This document shows, piece after piece, positions 25,740 through 39,049 of a stretch of DNA of 64,000 bases. The position numbers and the translations under genes are program-made. Each line of letters begins with the position of its first letter. Within the stretch, counting starts at the first letter, position 1. A model generated the notes under the pieces. That model had not been told where the DNA came from. It saw only the letters and a list, made by a program, of their open reading frames with translations, and did no database searches. The DNA comes from Vicugna vicugna (Eukaryota), in the NCBI GenBank assembly GCA_013265495.1, contig MU061326.1, positions 3,596,001 to 3,660,000 of the forward strand, read 5' to 3'.

Positions 25740-28700
25740 GCCCAGGGAAAGTCCAGAAAAATAACCTAAACATCCCACTCAGCCCACTCATTCCACTTCT
25801 GCAAGAAAAAAAAAATGGACTTAATTTGATATATAGAGTACTTTGCTATTCCCTAAAATGACAGCTGTTGTATATTCCTTGACAAAATTGTGTTTATTGC
25901 TTTTTCTTATCTGTGTCTTAGATATGCTTCCCCCACCCCGGCAGGGGCAATGCTCCACTTGCCAAGGCTTAGTGGGATTTGACCCTCCAGGTAGCTCAGA
26001 GCCATGCGGGTACAGAGAGAAAGTGGTTATTTTTCTGTTGAGCATCATCAGAGCCTGAAGACAGACCATTCCAGTGGACACACTCAACTTCCAGTCATAT
26101 GTGTATTAGGGCTCTTGGTTGTAACAGAAACCCACATAAACTAGTTAAAGCCAAAAGACAGGCAAAGATTAGGCAGCTGGGAAACGAAGTCAGAGTGGCA
26201 GCAGGGGAACCTGTCAGCTGTGTTAGGGGATGCGCGTTGTTGGTCCAAAGGGAAGAAGTGTTAAGTCATGTATCGCCACACCCAGAGGCTGAGTCAGAGA
26301 ATGAGGGTGGGATGAGAAAGAATCTATTGAGCAGATGCCAGTAGCCAGTGAGAGATGAGAATAGCCCCACCGATGCTGTGCCAGTGGGGACAGAGCACGG
26401 TTGTGGATTTCAAGGAAGTCAGACAACGGGTTCAGGGGGAAATAGGGCTAGAGCTGCGTGTGTGCAGTGCAGGGTCCTTTTGCACACAGAAAGGAAAGAT
26501 AAATATTCCTGCAAAAGGTTAGGCAGTGAAGGGAGCATGGATGGAACTGGCATCCTTCAAAACTTGGAGGACGTGATACCGTCAGGGCGCGGTGTGCCTT
26601 CACACCCACTTACAAGCGGTCCGTGTATTTGTGTTTGATTCTTCTTTTCCTCAAATTTTATTTCTAAAACAAAAACAGCTAGAAGTAAGCGTGTGAGTTT
26701 ATGAAAAATAAAGCGTCTGACATCCTTGTATGGAATTCCAGAACCATCCTGAGTGATGGGAAATGTAATCCGCTCGGTGCTGAGCTGCATGAGGTCACTG
26801 GTTACACACACACACGTACACCTACACACACACGTTTGAGTCCTGATCTGTTGTAGTTCTAAAACCTCATTTTTCAAGTTGTATTTCTTTAGGTCCTGCT
26901 CAAAGTGTGAGTGAACATTTAGAATGTAAGCAGCGTGTTTTCAGCAAATTCACCGTGCGCCACCCAGTCCCCACGAATAGGACAGTTACGAGACCCATAC
27001 AGACGACCTAGTGGGAAGAGGCAGTCTCATAAAAAATTAATCCAATGCAATGGGCCCAAACAGAGGTATGAGATACAATGGAAGGGAAAAAAAATGAGGG
27101 AGTTTTAGCTCATATCATAGAAAAAAATCTCCAGTCTTGAAATTTTGAAGAAATTTCCTGTGGACGATAAACTATCAGACTTGAAAGTTTTGATACAGAT
27201 TCTTCTTCAGAGGCTCGGACATCCTTACCCTTCTCCACGTCGGCAGCTGCATTGCAGGAAATGGTTTCCAGGAAGCTGGCTCTTCTGGATAATAAAAGTA
27301 AAATGCCTTTTGGGTATTTTGAGATTAGTTTAATATTACTTGTGAGCTGTGAGCTCTAAGTTCTGATGAGTTGAATATTTGAGCAGATGCAAGATTTTTA
27401 CAGTCACTGAGTGTAATTTTTGTCCATTATAAATAAAAAAAAGACATGAAAACTACAACGCTTTGTATTTCCACTATGAAAACAGGGCTTTAGAGACTTC
27501 TCGGATTTTTTTAAAAGTAAATTCTTTCATATATGCCTGTGTTTTACATCAAACACGTATATACACACAGTCAGGGTCAAACATACTTATGTACTCGTTA
27601 AACTATTATATGCACTCGAATGTCATGTGTTACTTAAGGTTCAGTGTCACTTTTATAAGCATGCTTTAGGTTTAAGGAAAATAAACAATCAAAAGAGATG
27701 AGCGATGCTTGGGGCTCAGCCCTTCTTACCCTGTTCCGCTCCCCCAGAGCTCAAGAATCCTCTTAATTGGCACAGATCCCTAGAGGGAACCAATGTGACA
27801 ATTAGAAAGCTGCCCTCATTATAAGAGGCTCAAAGGAATACGCGGTGTTGGGAAATACTCTTATTTTCTCAGTCACATTATAAGCAATCCTTGGTCACAG
27901 CATGAAGAGGCTCTGCAGCAAGCCACACGTGCAGTGAAAAGGATGCTTTTTAACTCGGGACGGAGCAGATGAGCAGGGGGACCACTTCACCTCTGGCTGG
28001 GCTGTTTTCTCTTGTCAAATCCCTGACTGGGCTTTGAAGCTCTCACTGTTTTGGGGTTCCTAACCCTGAGTCCCTCCAAGGCAGTGGTTTTCACTCTGTA
28101 TTTACAGAAGTCTCAGGTTCCGGGGAAAAGTTCAGACCTCCCCCGCCTTCCAGCTTGAAGGTTGCCTGCTTCTCTGTTTTATATCTTTCAGTTTTGTGTA
28201 AAATTTAATCTGAAACTAGGGTTCTCTGGGGGGTGGGGTTAAATACATTCTTTGACTGAAGATTTTCTACAGACAAAAGGCAGGTGGAGGCCATGGCATG
28301 CGAAGGCCCCACAGGGTCCTGCTCCCTTACAAATCTATGTACGTGTTCCCTTCACCCATCCTCCTGTTTTCCTGATACCGTGTCCCCAATATTTTTTTTT
28401 ATGAAAATTTCCAAAAATATGGGAAGGTTAGAAGAATTTTAGCGTGAACATTATTTTTAAAGTCAAAGTGTCTTCCGAAACGTTAAAAAGACTGAGTTTC
28501 AGTAACAGACGCCTCTCTCAATGCTGGTTGATTCTCACTCACGTAGGCAGGACATTCGTTGACCTTGTAGGTTGTGACTTTTCAGATGAAAGGCTCAGTC
28601 ACTTCCAAAATGCAACTGATTTGAAAGTAAGCAGGGTAAGCATGCTCATATTTGCCAGACCTCCTCCTTGCATGTTAAGAGGAAATGTTTAGGGAAGGAC

Positions 28701-29391
28701 ATGTTATGTGGCACAGAACTCACGGGGGCGCCGGGGTGACACGTTCCTCACTCTCTTACCGTAAACTGCACATTTCGATAAATGCGGTCCTTCAGCGGCG
28801 GGAGGGGTGGCGTTGGCATTTTTGCTCTTCTCACAAGCATACCTTATTTTAACAGCCTCCAAGCTCTGCTGCCTTTTCAATATCTAATTATGTCTCGAGC
28901 GCTGTTTTTCTCTTTCCCTCACCAGAGCACGCTGCCTCTTAGCATCCTCAGTGGTTAATGGTCTGCTCACATTTGAGTAACCTTTTAGATAATTCTTCTC
29001 AGAGAGCCACGTAGTATTTTCTCAGCCTAATGTTTACCTATTTTGCAAATACTCCTTGAGGAGGAAAAACAGATTCCCTGATGGAGATGGTATTTGCAGA
29101 CAGAGTGGCAAATGTGGGCAGTTACTGATAAATGATGGGGGACCTTTTGTACCCCAGGATCCAACTCTGGAGTCCATTACTGTGTGCACAGTGCTTTGTT
29201 GGGGGGCTGTAAAAGAGGCTCCCAATGTCTCCGTTTGCTCTGCCATATTTTTTTAGGAAAAAGAAAGAAGCTACAGCCTGGAGAACTATTCAAATGGAGC
29301 TATAGTGAGCAGGCCATGAAGCTGCCATAATTTAGTATGTGTCTGTGCTGCCCTCGAATAGAGCTTCTTCCTCTGGGGTTTAGGGGCCTCT

Positions 29392-29585
29392 GGTCAGAGT
29401 TTCTGGAAGTTTTTGCAGAGACCAGCTGTATTAGGATCACCTGGCCGTGCCTGTCAACAAGCAAGTTCCTGGGCCTCCCCCTAGGTCTCCTAGATTATTA
29501 TTCTGGGGGCTGGAGTTTGCGTATTTGCATTTTAAACAAGGTCTTCTGGCTGTTCTTTATTGCACATTAACGTTTGAGAACCACA
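29392..29585 (+). mobile_element. MER5A/B hAT element
   Basis: accagctgtattaggatcacctgg...ttgcattttaaacaag...gtttgagaaccac. Confidence 0.7.
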
Positions 29586-30099
29586 TCTTGAGAGTTTCAG
29601 GGTCAGAACCCCCCTGAATTTGCATATGCATATATTCTGGTGATTTGCATAGGAACATTTTTCCATGACGGTTGAAATTTTTGGAACCACTAGTCTAGAG
29701 CACAGAACCTTGGGCCCTGAAGGAATTAATACTACTCTTTCACAGATGTGGGGTTGAGTGGCTTGGCTTCTGTGGCAAATGGCACCCAAAGAGGCTTAAT
29801 GATTCGGAGAACTTGGCGGAACCAAGCCCCAGCTCTCCTCTCTCTAGCCCACGGGTGATGAGGACTCGCACAGTTATTTTGGCAGCTCTCAGTTTTGATC
29901 ACGTGGCCCCTTATTTCAGAAATGCCACGTGCTCCCACTACCTAATGACTTTTTAGCCTGATACATGGAGCGGTTTGGGCTGGGCTGGTCCCTAACCGTG
30001 TTATTCAGTATATTCCTCCCATTCGTCCTCCCTGTGCTGGGTCGTCCAGCCAGGGAGAGTCTCTCACCACTTTATCCCCCATGTATCACAAAGTCAGAC

Positions 30100-30310
30100 A
30101 GTTCCGAGTTCCAGCCATGGCACTGCTACAGGTCAGCCGTGTGATTCTAGGCAAGTAACTTAATCACAGTGAGCCTCAATTTCATCCTTAATAACATGAG
30201 GGTCATTGCACCGATCTCAGCAAATCTTCAGGAGAATTAAACCGTTCTGTGCAAACATGGGACTTACTAGCACCGTGTCTGGCACACAGGGAAGAGTACA
30301 AATGCTAACC
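30100..30310 (+). mobile_element. MIR SINE
   Basis: gtgtgattctaggcaagtaacttaatcacagtgagcctcaatttcatc...gtgtctggcacacag. Confidence 0.7.
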
Positions 30311-32723
30311 CCGTTGCTCGTGTCCCTCTGCCTTCCCCCTTCTCTACTCCCAGCCTTTCCAGCTCCTTGAAGTCCCCTTGGGTATTCCCGTCACTCCCCT
30401 GCAGGAGGCGCTCTCTCCCTCTCCTGAATACCGGAAACATTTCCTTCTTACCTTTCTTTGGCATTGACCACTCCCTGCTCTGTGTGACTTTTCTGTACCT
30501 GTCTTATCTCCCCTGCTCCCTGAGGGCAGGAGTCCTGTCTGATTATCCCCATGGACACAGCCAAAAGCCTTCGGGCACACGAAGGTGCTCACCTGGAAGC
30601 TGGTTTTAATGCTATTTATACTAGAGGGGAATTTAGTGTGTTTTCCATGTTGCTCAGGAATTGGCTGGATTAAACAAGGAGACATTATCAAATATCAAAT
30701 GACTCTACAGCTTCACTGTGAAGTCTGCCTCATCTCATCCTTTCAATGGCCCTTTGATGTGGGTTCTCTTAGCCCCTCAGTATAAAGGCGAGAACGTGGA
30801 GTCTTAGGTAAGGAAGAGGTGCCCAAGTTCCCAGAGCTAGAGGTTGCACAACCAAGGGGAGCTCATGCTTTGAACGGCTGCACGGCTCTGATGCCCCCAG
30901 CCCTGTCCTGGGCCCACTCTGACTTTTAAGTCTTCCAAAGGTCTTTTCATTGCTCATCCTTTAAGTTAGAGACGGCATGGTCAAATGAAAAGCTTAACTA
31001 CAAAAGTGGCATTTTCAGAACTCTCCCTGAAAATACCTTCTACGTGGAGGATAACACCTGACTTAAATTAATGAAACCCTGAAGATAATGTTGTCTAGAG
31101 GATGAGGCCTCAGAGCGTATCAACCACTTTCTTGGAAGTGCCAGGCTTTTCACAGATGTATCACCAAGAGGAAAGAAAGCATTTTCTCCAGAATAATTCA
31201 TCCACTTTTCTCCTGCAGTGAGAAACCATCAAAGTTTGGCAGTCAAGGGAGAGTCTTGCTTTCCACAGGAATAATAAATGGAAAATAGCCATCCTAGGAT
31301 GCTGGGGAGAGTGGCTGACAGCTCCACCCAAGGGCTCCGGTTTGAATGAAGCTGCATTATTTGTGCAACATCAAAGGGGAAGCTGAAATCTACCGCACTG
31401 AGAGCAAGGGAGATTGTAAGTTAACGCTTTCACTCCCGATCTTAGATCTTAGTCCTCCAAGTGCAATATTAATGCCAGCCTTGGCTTGAGCTGTATTGTG
31501 CTTCAGTAGAAGTTCCTTGTGTGTGAGAGCCTCGGTGTGGTATTCAACTTGAATAGTTTTTTTTTATTGTGTTGGTACCTGAACCCCTGAATGTGGTTAT
31601 GTTCACCCATTAAAATGAAGAACAGAAGTTACTTGGGAAATTTGATACGTGCTTTTTTAGTTTGTTTTTGGCTGAGAGATCAAATACATCCAAATGCAAA
31701 AATTATACTTCCAATTTTAAGAACAGGTGAATACAAAGAAGTGTGTTTTAATGTATTTAGTATTGTGGATTGTCCATACTAAAGACTGCAGCCTTCTTGG
31801 CTGAGCTGTATTTATCGCCATCCAAGTCAGTCCAAAGGGTTCATTAATCAGCACAAGGGACGTTAGGAGTAATTTTTCCGTTGGTGAAATGAGCAAGGGT
31901 CCCGTTTGGCCTGGAAGGTTTTACTGGACAGACAGTAAAATATCAGACAAAGTTTGGGGACGTGGCCAGCGTACGGCACAGGCTGTGTGACCGTGTGAGC
32001 CTGCGGGGAATGAGTGCTCTCTTCCAGGTGTGATGGAGCCTTCCTTCCGCTGCACCACGGCCCCTGGTACCCGCCCCTCAAGTTCCCTGCAGTGGTTCCA
32101 GGCTATCCAAAGAGCCCAGCGATTTTGAGTATGCAAATCGACTTAGGCTCATTTACGCCAAGTATGTTCTTCTTTTCAGTGATTCAAGTGCAACTTTGGC
32201 TGTAACTTTCAAGGGTATCCCCCCGCAGGCATCCCTGTAGTGCACAGACAAGATCCCTGCCCCTTGTAGACAATTATCAAGGGACAGCAGCTCTCACTGC
32301 ATCTTTTTTTGAAATGCATATTCTAACCAAATATTTTTCAAGCATCTACTAGAATCTGTGCCCCGTGGGGGTAGGTGCTGGGTTGTGGAAGCAAAGGGTA
32401 TAAGATGTGGTCTTTGCGTGCAGGTGCTCACCTGTCATTTACATCTGGCCTCACTGCTTAGCTTACAGTTGAGGCCACAGGAACGCTGATCCCCTAAACC
32501 GTTCCCCTGGGAAGGCAGCTTCTGCCAGGAGCCCTCCATCCTGTAGATCCATCAGGCTGGAGACTAGATACCTGCTTCTCCTGCCTTGTTCTGTGCACTC
32601 CTGCTCTTGGCCCCAAGTAAAGATGTCCTAACACCCTTGCCCCTCAGCACAGTCCCCGCCATACAGTGTTGGCTGATTACTAAGAACAATAATTTCCCCG
32701 TTGTGGTCAGCATGAATTAGCAT

Positions 32724-33446
32724 CAGTAGTATGCCGGTAAATGCTTAAAAACTGGGTTGATTTTTAAAAACGAAGTACATTTGAATGTATTCACACATTT
32801 ATTGAAAATTTTCCTGATAAAAAGGATGTGCAGCCCACATTTTACAACTAATAATGAAATATGAACACAATCTTCTCTGTTGTAAATTCTGTGAAGTCAG
32901 TTGATTTTCATAGAATGTTTATGTTGATTTTTGCCAAATTTTTGTATCCATAGTCAACCTGTGGTTACAACTGTCAGATGAGTGAATGTCACTTGATATT
33001 TCTATGTTCTTTGACTAGAAAGACAAAAGTGAGACAATGAAGATGTATATTAGAACTTTATTCGTTCTTCCATGATGAAACGGATAAATTTTTTGGAATG
33101 CTGGAAGACTATTCAGTTTTGTACTATCCCAAACGCAGCAGGTATAGAAATACACTCTTCAACCTGCCTGATTCACATCTTCCCCACCACTCTTTAAAGA
33201 ATAAACAGTTTTAAAAAATCAAGTCCTGATTTGTAAAAGCACGGATAACAGCATAAAGTAGTGAAATAATTAGGATGTGATGAGTGTTCCGTATTTATTA
33301 CCTGTTTCTTTAATATAATTGATTTAATTTTTAAGTTCATGTAATTTAATTTTTCATGGTTTTAGTTAACAACTAGCATGCAGAATTTCTGAAAATTTAG
33401 CAGTCCTCTCTCACAAGCCAGTAGGAGCTGGCTCCAGCAAGCCAGG
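32724..33446 (-). mobile_element. MER63 (hAT-Blackjack) element, long variant
   Basis: Termini cagtagtatgccggtaaatgcttaa and gagctggctccagca; internal gttgatttttgccaa and gtatccatagtcaacctgtggttacaa match reverse-complement MER63. Confidence 0.85.
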
Positions 33447-33722
33447 ATGGCGTATGTGTTAGCTCACTAATTTGAGAGTCCTCACATGTGGTTGCAGAAG
33501 AGGATGGACCCGCTCTAGCTGGTAGATCCTGGATAAGGGACAGTGGCCAGAGTTTCCCTGCTCAAAGAGCAAGGGTAACACCATCCTCAGAGAGCTTCTC
33601 TGGGAGTTTCATGCTTTGAGATCCTTTCTGTCTCCAATGAGAGGGCTCGTTAGAATACACTCTGTTTGACTCCTAACCTCTACAGATGATGTATTTGCTC
33701 ATTTTAAAAATTGGTCCAACAG

Positions 33723-34177
33723 GAATAAAATAATGCCATTTGCAGCAACATGGATAGACCTGGAGGTGGTCATTCTAAGAGAAAGAAAAATACCATATGA
33801 TATCATTCATATGTGGAATCAAAAAAAAAAAGACACAAATGAAATTTTTTACAAAATAGAAACAGACTCACAGACATACAGAACAAACTTACAGTTACCA
33901 GAAGGTAAACAGAGTGGGAAGGGATAAATTGGGAGTCGAGAATTGTAGATACTAACTACTATATATAAAATAGATAAACAAGTTTCTACTGGATAGCACA
34001 GGGAACTATATTCAATATCTTGTAGTAACCTATAATTAAAAAGAATATGAAAATGAATATATGGATATATATGCCTGACTGAAACATTATGTTGTACACC
34101 AGAAATTGACACATTGGAAACTGACTATGCTTCAATTTTAAAAAAGAAAAAAAAAAGAACCCGCATGCCAAAAATAT
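33723..34177 (+). mobile_element. Camelid-type L1 3' end with ORF2 C-terminus
   Basis: Translates as MPFAATWIDLEVVIL (L1 ORF2 C-terminus), then 3' UTR and poly-A. 16-bp TSD with 2 mismatches (33707-33722 / 34178-34193). Confidence 0.9.
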
Positions 34178-34195
34178 AAAATTGTCCCAACAGTT

Positions 34196-34688
34196 TGTGT
34201 TCATTATCTATTTCTGCTTTACATATTACCTAAAATTTCATAGCTTAAAATAACAAGTGCTTATTTTCTCACACAATTTTTGAGAGTCAGGTCTCTGGGA
34301 GTGGCTCAGATGACAGGTTCTGGCTTGGTTTCTTGTGAGGTTGCAGTCAAGACTACAGTATCGGTCAAGACAACGGTGTCTGGAGGCCTGGCTGGTCCCA
34401 GAAGGTCTGCTTCTAAGATGACCTTGCCGTGCAGATGCCTCCACGGGAATGCTTGAGGGTCCTCACAACATGGCCGCTGCTTCTGCTGGAGCCAGAGACG
34501 CAAGGCAGAGCAAGCAGGAGACCGTGAAGACTTCTATGCCCCAGTCCCAGCAGTCACACCATCACTTGATCTTTATTCTGTTCATTAGAAGTGAGTCATT
34601 ATGTTCAGGCCATTCCAGGAAAGGAAATTAGGCTATACCTTTGGAAGGTTATGTGAAAGAATTTGTGGACACGTTTTGAACCACCACA
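34196..34688 (-). mobile_element. MaLR LTR (MLT1F/G-like)
   Basis: tagcttaaaataacaag...ggtctgcttctaagatg...cctcacaacatggc...cattagaagtgagtca...gaatttgtggacacgttttgaaccaccaca. Confidence 0.85.
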
Positions 34689-36739
34689 TACTATAGTTTA
34701 AGGTAACTTTAGTTCATGTTATGATTCAAATTTATGCTTTCCAATTTTAGGATTTCTATTTTACTTTTTAATAGCTCGTTACATTATCTGTATTTTGTTC
34801 TTATAGACACTATTAGCTTTTATTCATTCTAAAGTCTTGTTCATGACTTTTATCACTCATACTCTTAACATTGTTTGAAACATTTGTTGATTTTATATGA
34901 TTGAATTCAAAAGTTTCATTTGCTTAGTTCCAAGGGGTACTTTTTAAACAGAATATGATAGCAGACCTACAACATATCTTCAGCCTTGGAGCTTTTTCAG
35001 TTTTGCTTTGTTTTCTAATACAGGGAAGATTATGAACCATGGTGGATATTCAACACTCCAGAGTTAGTTTGGAGAGAGAGGATGGTGTGCTGAGTGGATT
35101 CAAAGCAAATAAATGTCCCTCTCTCTGACACTGCAGTCACATACCCATGGTGAAGACTGAGGAAATGTATTTTATAGTCAGAGTAGGAAGGGGATGAATG
35201 AATGAATTTCTTCATCATACCACTAAGTCCTGATAAGCTTGAGGGATTTTCAGAAATACACTGGTGTGTGGGAGCCATGGGTTGAGAATTATTTCTCATA
35301 CCGTATTCAGTTGGTCAGTGATGTATTTACAGCAAGAATAACTTCAGTCCTCACCTTCTGGAATCGGTCCAAGGACCAGAGAGCTTGCGGCTTTAGGATA
35401 CATTGAGAAATGGCCCCTCCGCCAGCCACCCCAAGTGGAGAAACCTCATGGTTTACAGACAGACCCGTCTGCACACACAGCCTCTTCCCACGGTGCTTAC
35501 CCTCCACATTTAAACTCCGCTTTCTCTTGTTCAGTTCCACTAAGTTTGTAGAGGATTATTCAGCACAAATTATTTATTAATTCCTGGTCCACATCCAGTC
35601 TTGGTTTCTGACTGCTCATTGGTTCACTGTGTCAGTTCACATTAAATCCCAAACTTGAGTCTTATCTTGGGATCTTGATTTCCAAACTCAAGTGGCATTG
35701 TTGAGACTGGGCTAGAGGAGAACGTTTCCCTTTCCATTGGTCATGCAGGGAAGGACCTCGATGCAAGTACGTTCTGGGCAAGATATTCCAGAAGTTGCAA
35801 AACAGAGAGGCTTGAAGACCAAATTAAAATGCTTGAATTCCCCCAAGTTGACTAATTCTACTTAAAACACAAACAAGGGGACAGAGTGGGGTCGATTAAC
35901 ATACTTGGGTTAGGATATCAATGGGTAAGGTCACACTGCCTGAATCCTGCTAGTAAAGTTGGTGCGTCCTGTCTCTTTAATGAAGTGACCCTCCCCATTG
36001 ATGGCCAGATTTGGGTTTGACCAAGGAGATCCCACAGGCTGAAGATGCCTGGGGATACTGACACACTCTTGCTCTCGGGGAGAAACATGGGGGCAAGTGG
36101 GGCTAACCCAGGGCTGCAGTTTGCCAATTAGCTGCTAAACAGGCAATTTTTAATTGCACTTCTTGGGCAAAGCATGCATGGAGCCAGAGCTGGGGCACAG
36201 TGGGTGTCCCCAGTGGGTGCTTGATGTCAGGGATGACCTAGCTGGTAGCTCATGACTTGGTCCCTCCATCTGTTCCTGGCTCTGAGTAACATACACATTT
36301 GTGCCATTAGATATTCCATTTTCTATCTATTTTTAGCACTGTAGGTTTCCAACTTACTGTCAGTGTTTAGCACATACTGTGAATTCTGTCCATGTCATGT
36401 AAGCCATTTGCTTACTTATCCTTTGTACCTAACGTACTGTGAGTTTCTCCCCAGCTCACAGCCGCTTCCTAACTCACTATCTGTACCTTATATCGCATAT
36501 GCATTTCATCCATTTTATTTGCCTTTCTTGTCTCTTTAGCTGAGTTGAATAGTCTCAAATGATACAGCAAATTCACACCCTGTAAAAAAGGAGAACTGAT
36601 GGAAAATCACGAAGCGAGAAATATGTCTTTGATCGCTTAGCCTTAAATTGCTGCTGCTTTAACAAATGGTACATTACTGAAGATTCTTTTTAAAGAAGTT
36701 CTTCAACTAATTCTCCGAATGGCAAGGTATGCCTGCTTG

Positions 36740-37150
36740 TTTTAGGAAGCTGAAACACACAGAAAAGTATAAAGAAGAAAAGAAAGTGATCCTTGATGCC
36801 GCCACCTTGTAATAATCAATGTCAGCATCTTATTTTTTTATCTTTATTTTTTTAATCTTATTTTGGTAGAGTCGTTCCTCAACTGTTAAGATTATACATT
36901 TATTTCTGTATTCTGACTTTTCCCTAGGTGTTACAACATTTGTGTCTTTCTGTCTTACCATAAACTCTTGATAAATATTCATTTAGTGGTGCAAATGTGT
37001 CTTTTTTTAGAGTTTGCAATGTAACAAATCACATCCTTGTTGGATATATTGACTTCCAGGTTTTTCTCTAACGTATGTAACACCACATGAATGGATTTGC
37101 ACTTAGTGGGAATTTAATTTTGTGTTAAATGCTCCCCTAAAATGAGATTT
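36740..37150 (-). mobile_element. Old L1ME-like 3' fragment
   Basis: acagaaaagtataaagaagaaaa and ccttgttggatatattgacttccagg. Confidence 0.5.
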
Positions 37151-37173
37151 TCTTTGTCCTTAGGAAGCTGGGC

Positions 37174-37354
37174 GGGGAGGATATAGCTCAGTGCTTAGCA
37201 TGCACGAGGTCTTGGGTTCAATCTCCAGTTCCTCCATTAAATCAATCAATCAATCAATCTAGTTACCTCCCCCCCCCCGGAAAAATATAATAAAAGGGAA
37301 AAAAAATTTTTAAAGTCACTTGTTCATGGCAAGTGCTATGATTAAAAAAAAGAA
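37174..37354 (+). mobile_element. tRNA-Ala-derived camelid SINE with 3' extension
   Basis: ggggaggatatagctcagtg[12-nt deletion]cttagcatgcacgaggtcttgggttcaatctccagt, then (TCAA)n, ctagttacctccccc and an A tail. 9-bp TSD GAAGCTGGG (37164-37172 / 37355-37363). Confidence 0.9.
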
Positions 37355-38131
37355 GAAGCTGGGATATTCTGTCATTCTTCTCTGATCAGAAGCAGCACAT
37401 CAAAAACGAACCCTAGTGTGTGTGCCTCCAGCTCTTCCTTGTTTCCCACAAATCCTTGTCAAATTCAGAGATGATGTCCTTTCCTAGGGTAGCTCTCCCT
37501 TTTTAAAGTTCCTGTGGGGACCCAGCTCGGTGGGTACAGCCAGGCAGATGCTTCAAAGGGAGGGGAGGGGGTGTTTTAACCTATTATCACTTTTCACGAG
37601 CCAAAAAAGGTGGACTGGGGCAACCAGCTGGTCCAAACCCCGGCTGGCTCGTGTGCGGCAGGTTCAATGAGGAGATATTCTCTCAAAGAGCACTGAACGA
37701 GCAAGCAAGCTTCTTTTTTAATGAAGGAGAGATTTTTTTCACAGGAGTTTGGAAATCACTGCGTTCCCCTTACTTGTCGCCACAGGTATAATTTGCTTTC
37801 TAGACCAAGGGACACCCAGATGGTAAAAGAGACTTAAGAACACTAGATAACTGTCATCTTTGGCTAATTCCGTTTCTCCTGGAAGAAAAAGAATCATTAA
37901 TGGCATGGCGATGATTCCAGGGTTTCAGGCTTTTAAGGGGGGATTAAACTTGGATCTCCCCAAATGGCATGGATGTGTCCTGTGCTTTATATGAGAAGGT
38001 CACACAGGCCAGGAGGTGATAAGCTACCTCCCACCAGGTTTCCTAGCGGAACCCGCAACTTCTTCACGCACAGAAAGGCCCCTCCACGGGGCAGACCAGC
38101 TGGGCTGCTGATGTGCTTGGTGACTTGAACC

Positions 38132-38152
38132 CAGCGCCCCCGGGTGGCGCTG
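38132..38152. promoter_or_regulatory. Candidate CTCF site, matching on both strands
   Basis: Minus GCGCCACCCGGGGGCGCTG and plus GCGCCCCCGGGTGGCGCTG both resemble the TGGCCACCAGGGGGCGCTA core; motif only. Confidence 0.55.
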
Positions 38153-39049
38153 CGCCCTTTCCCTCCCACTTCAGATTCTGCGGCTCCAGAGGGCAGAGCC
38201 CACGGGGGATGAGTTGTCCCCCAGCCTGACACCATCTGTGCTGTGGTCGGTCTATATGAGGCACCTAATGCAGACATTAGATGTCTAATGGCATCTGTGT
38301 CTTTAGACCCCCCCGCCCCCAATGACAAATGGATGACTGTTTTCTTTCCTCCCAAGTACGATGAGGTGATATTCCTTTTTGTTTATTTCTTAATTTTGAC
38401 ATTTTATAGGACATCAATTTGGGGGTATTTTAACACTTCTGGTATTTTAATTCACAAAGTAGACTGGACCACTTCTATCTTCACTTGATTTTGTCTTAAC
38501 CCCAATGTGTCTTGCTGTCCCTAAGCCAATTATTTTATGAAACATCGAGGGCCTGGGTGGGATTTTTCACATTCAGTTGTTTCTCTTTGCAAGGAGGGAA
38601 GCACACGCTGGTGGCAAGCAGGCAGCCCCTCCGTGATGACGGAGCCCAGCTTTGTGTTGTCCCAGGTAGGGGCTGTCACACGTCCCTGCCATTTGGCTCT
38701 GACCCTCAGAGGGTAATTGTGTGTGCACAGAACCTCCCGCCTCCTTGACTCAGCACCCTCAGAGATGCAGCTGTCCACTCAAGGCTCAGAGCCACCCTAG
38801 TAGGAGGCGTGGCTGGGCTCGGATTGAGATGCTAGGCGAGCGGGTTCAGTGGCTTCTCTCACTGTGCACGTCAGTTACAAAGTCACTTTGGCTGCTTTTT
38901 AGCTACGTCGTGGAGTTAAATTGCCTCCTTGTACTTACTGAAAATTTAAACCTGCAGTGAGTTAAAACTCACATAATTACTATAAAATCATAATCATAAG
39001 CTAGGTAAAAGTTTGCTCCCTGCTTTTTCTACCTATTTTATTTCAAATA

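Noticed and set aside
28926-28976. Candidate 51-nt plus-strand exon
   Set aside because: The acceptor is good but the donor is weak (GA|GTAACC) and the peptide is unrecognised.
33040-33210. Protein-like frame (HDETDKFFGMLEDY)
   Set aside because: It lies inside the MER63 element and has an in-frame stop just upstream.
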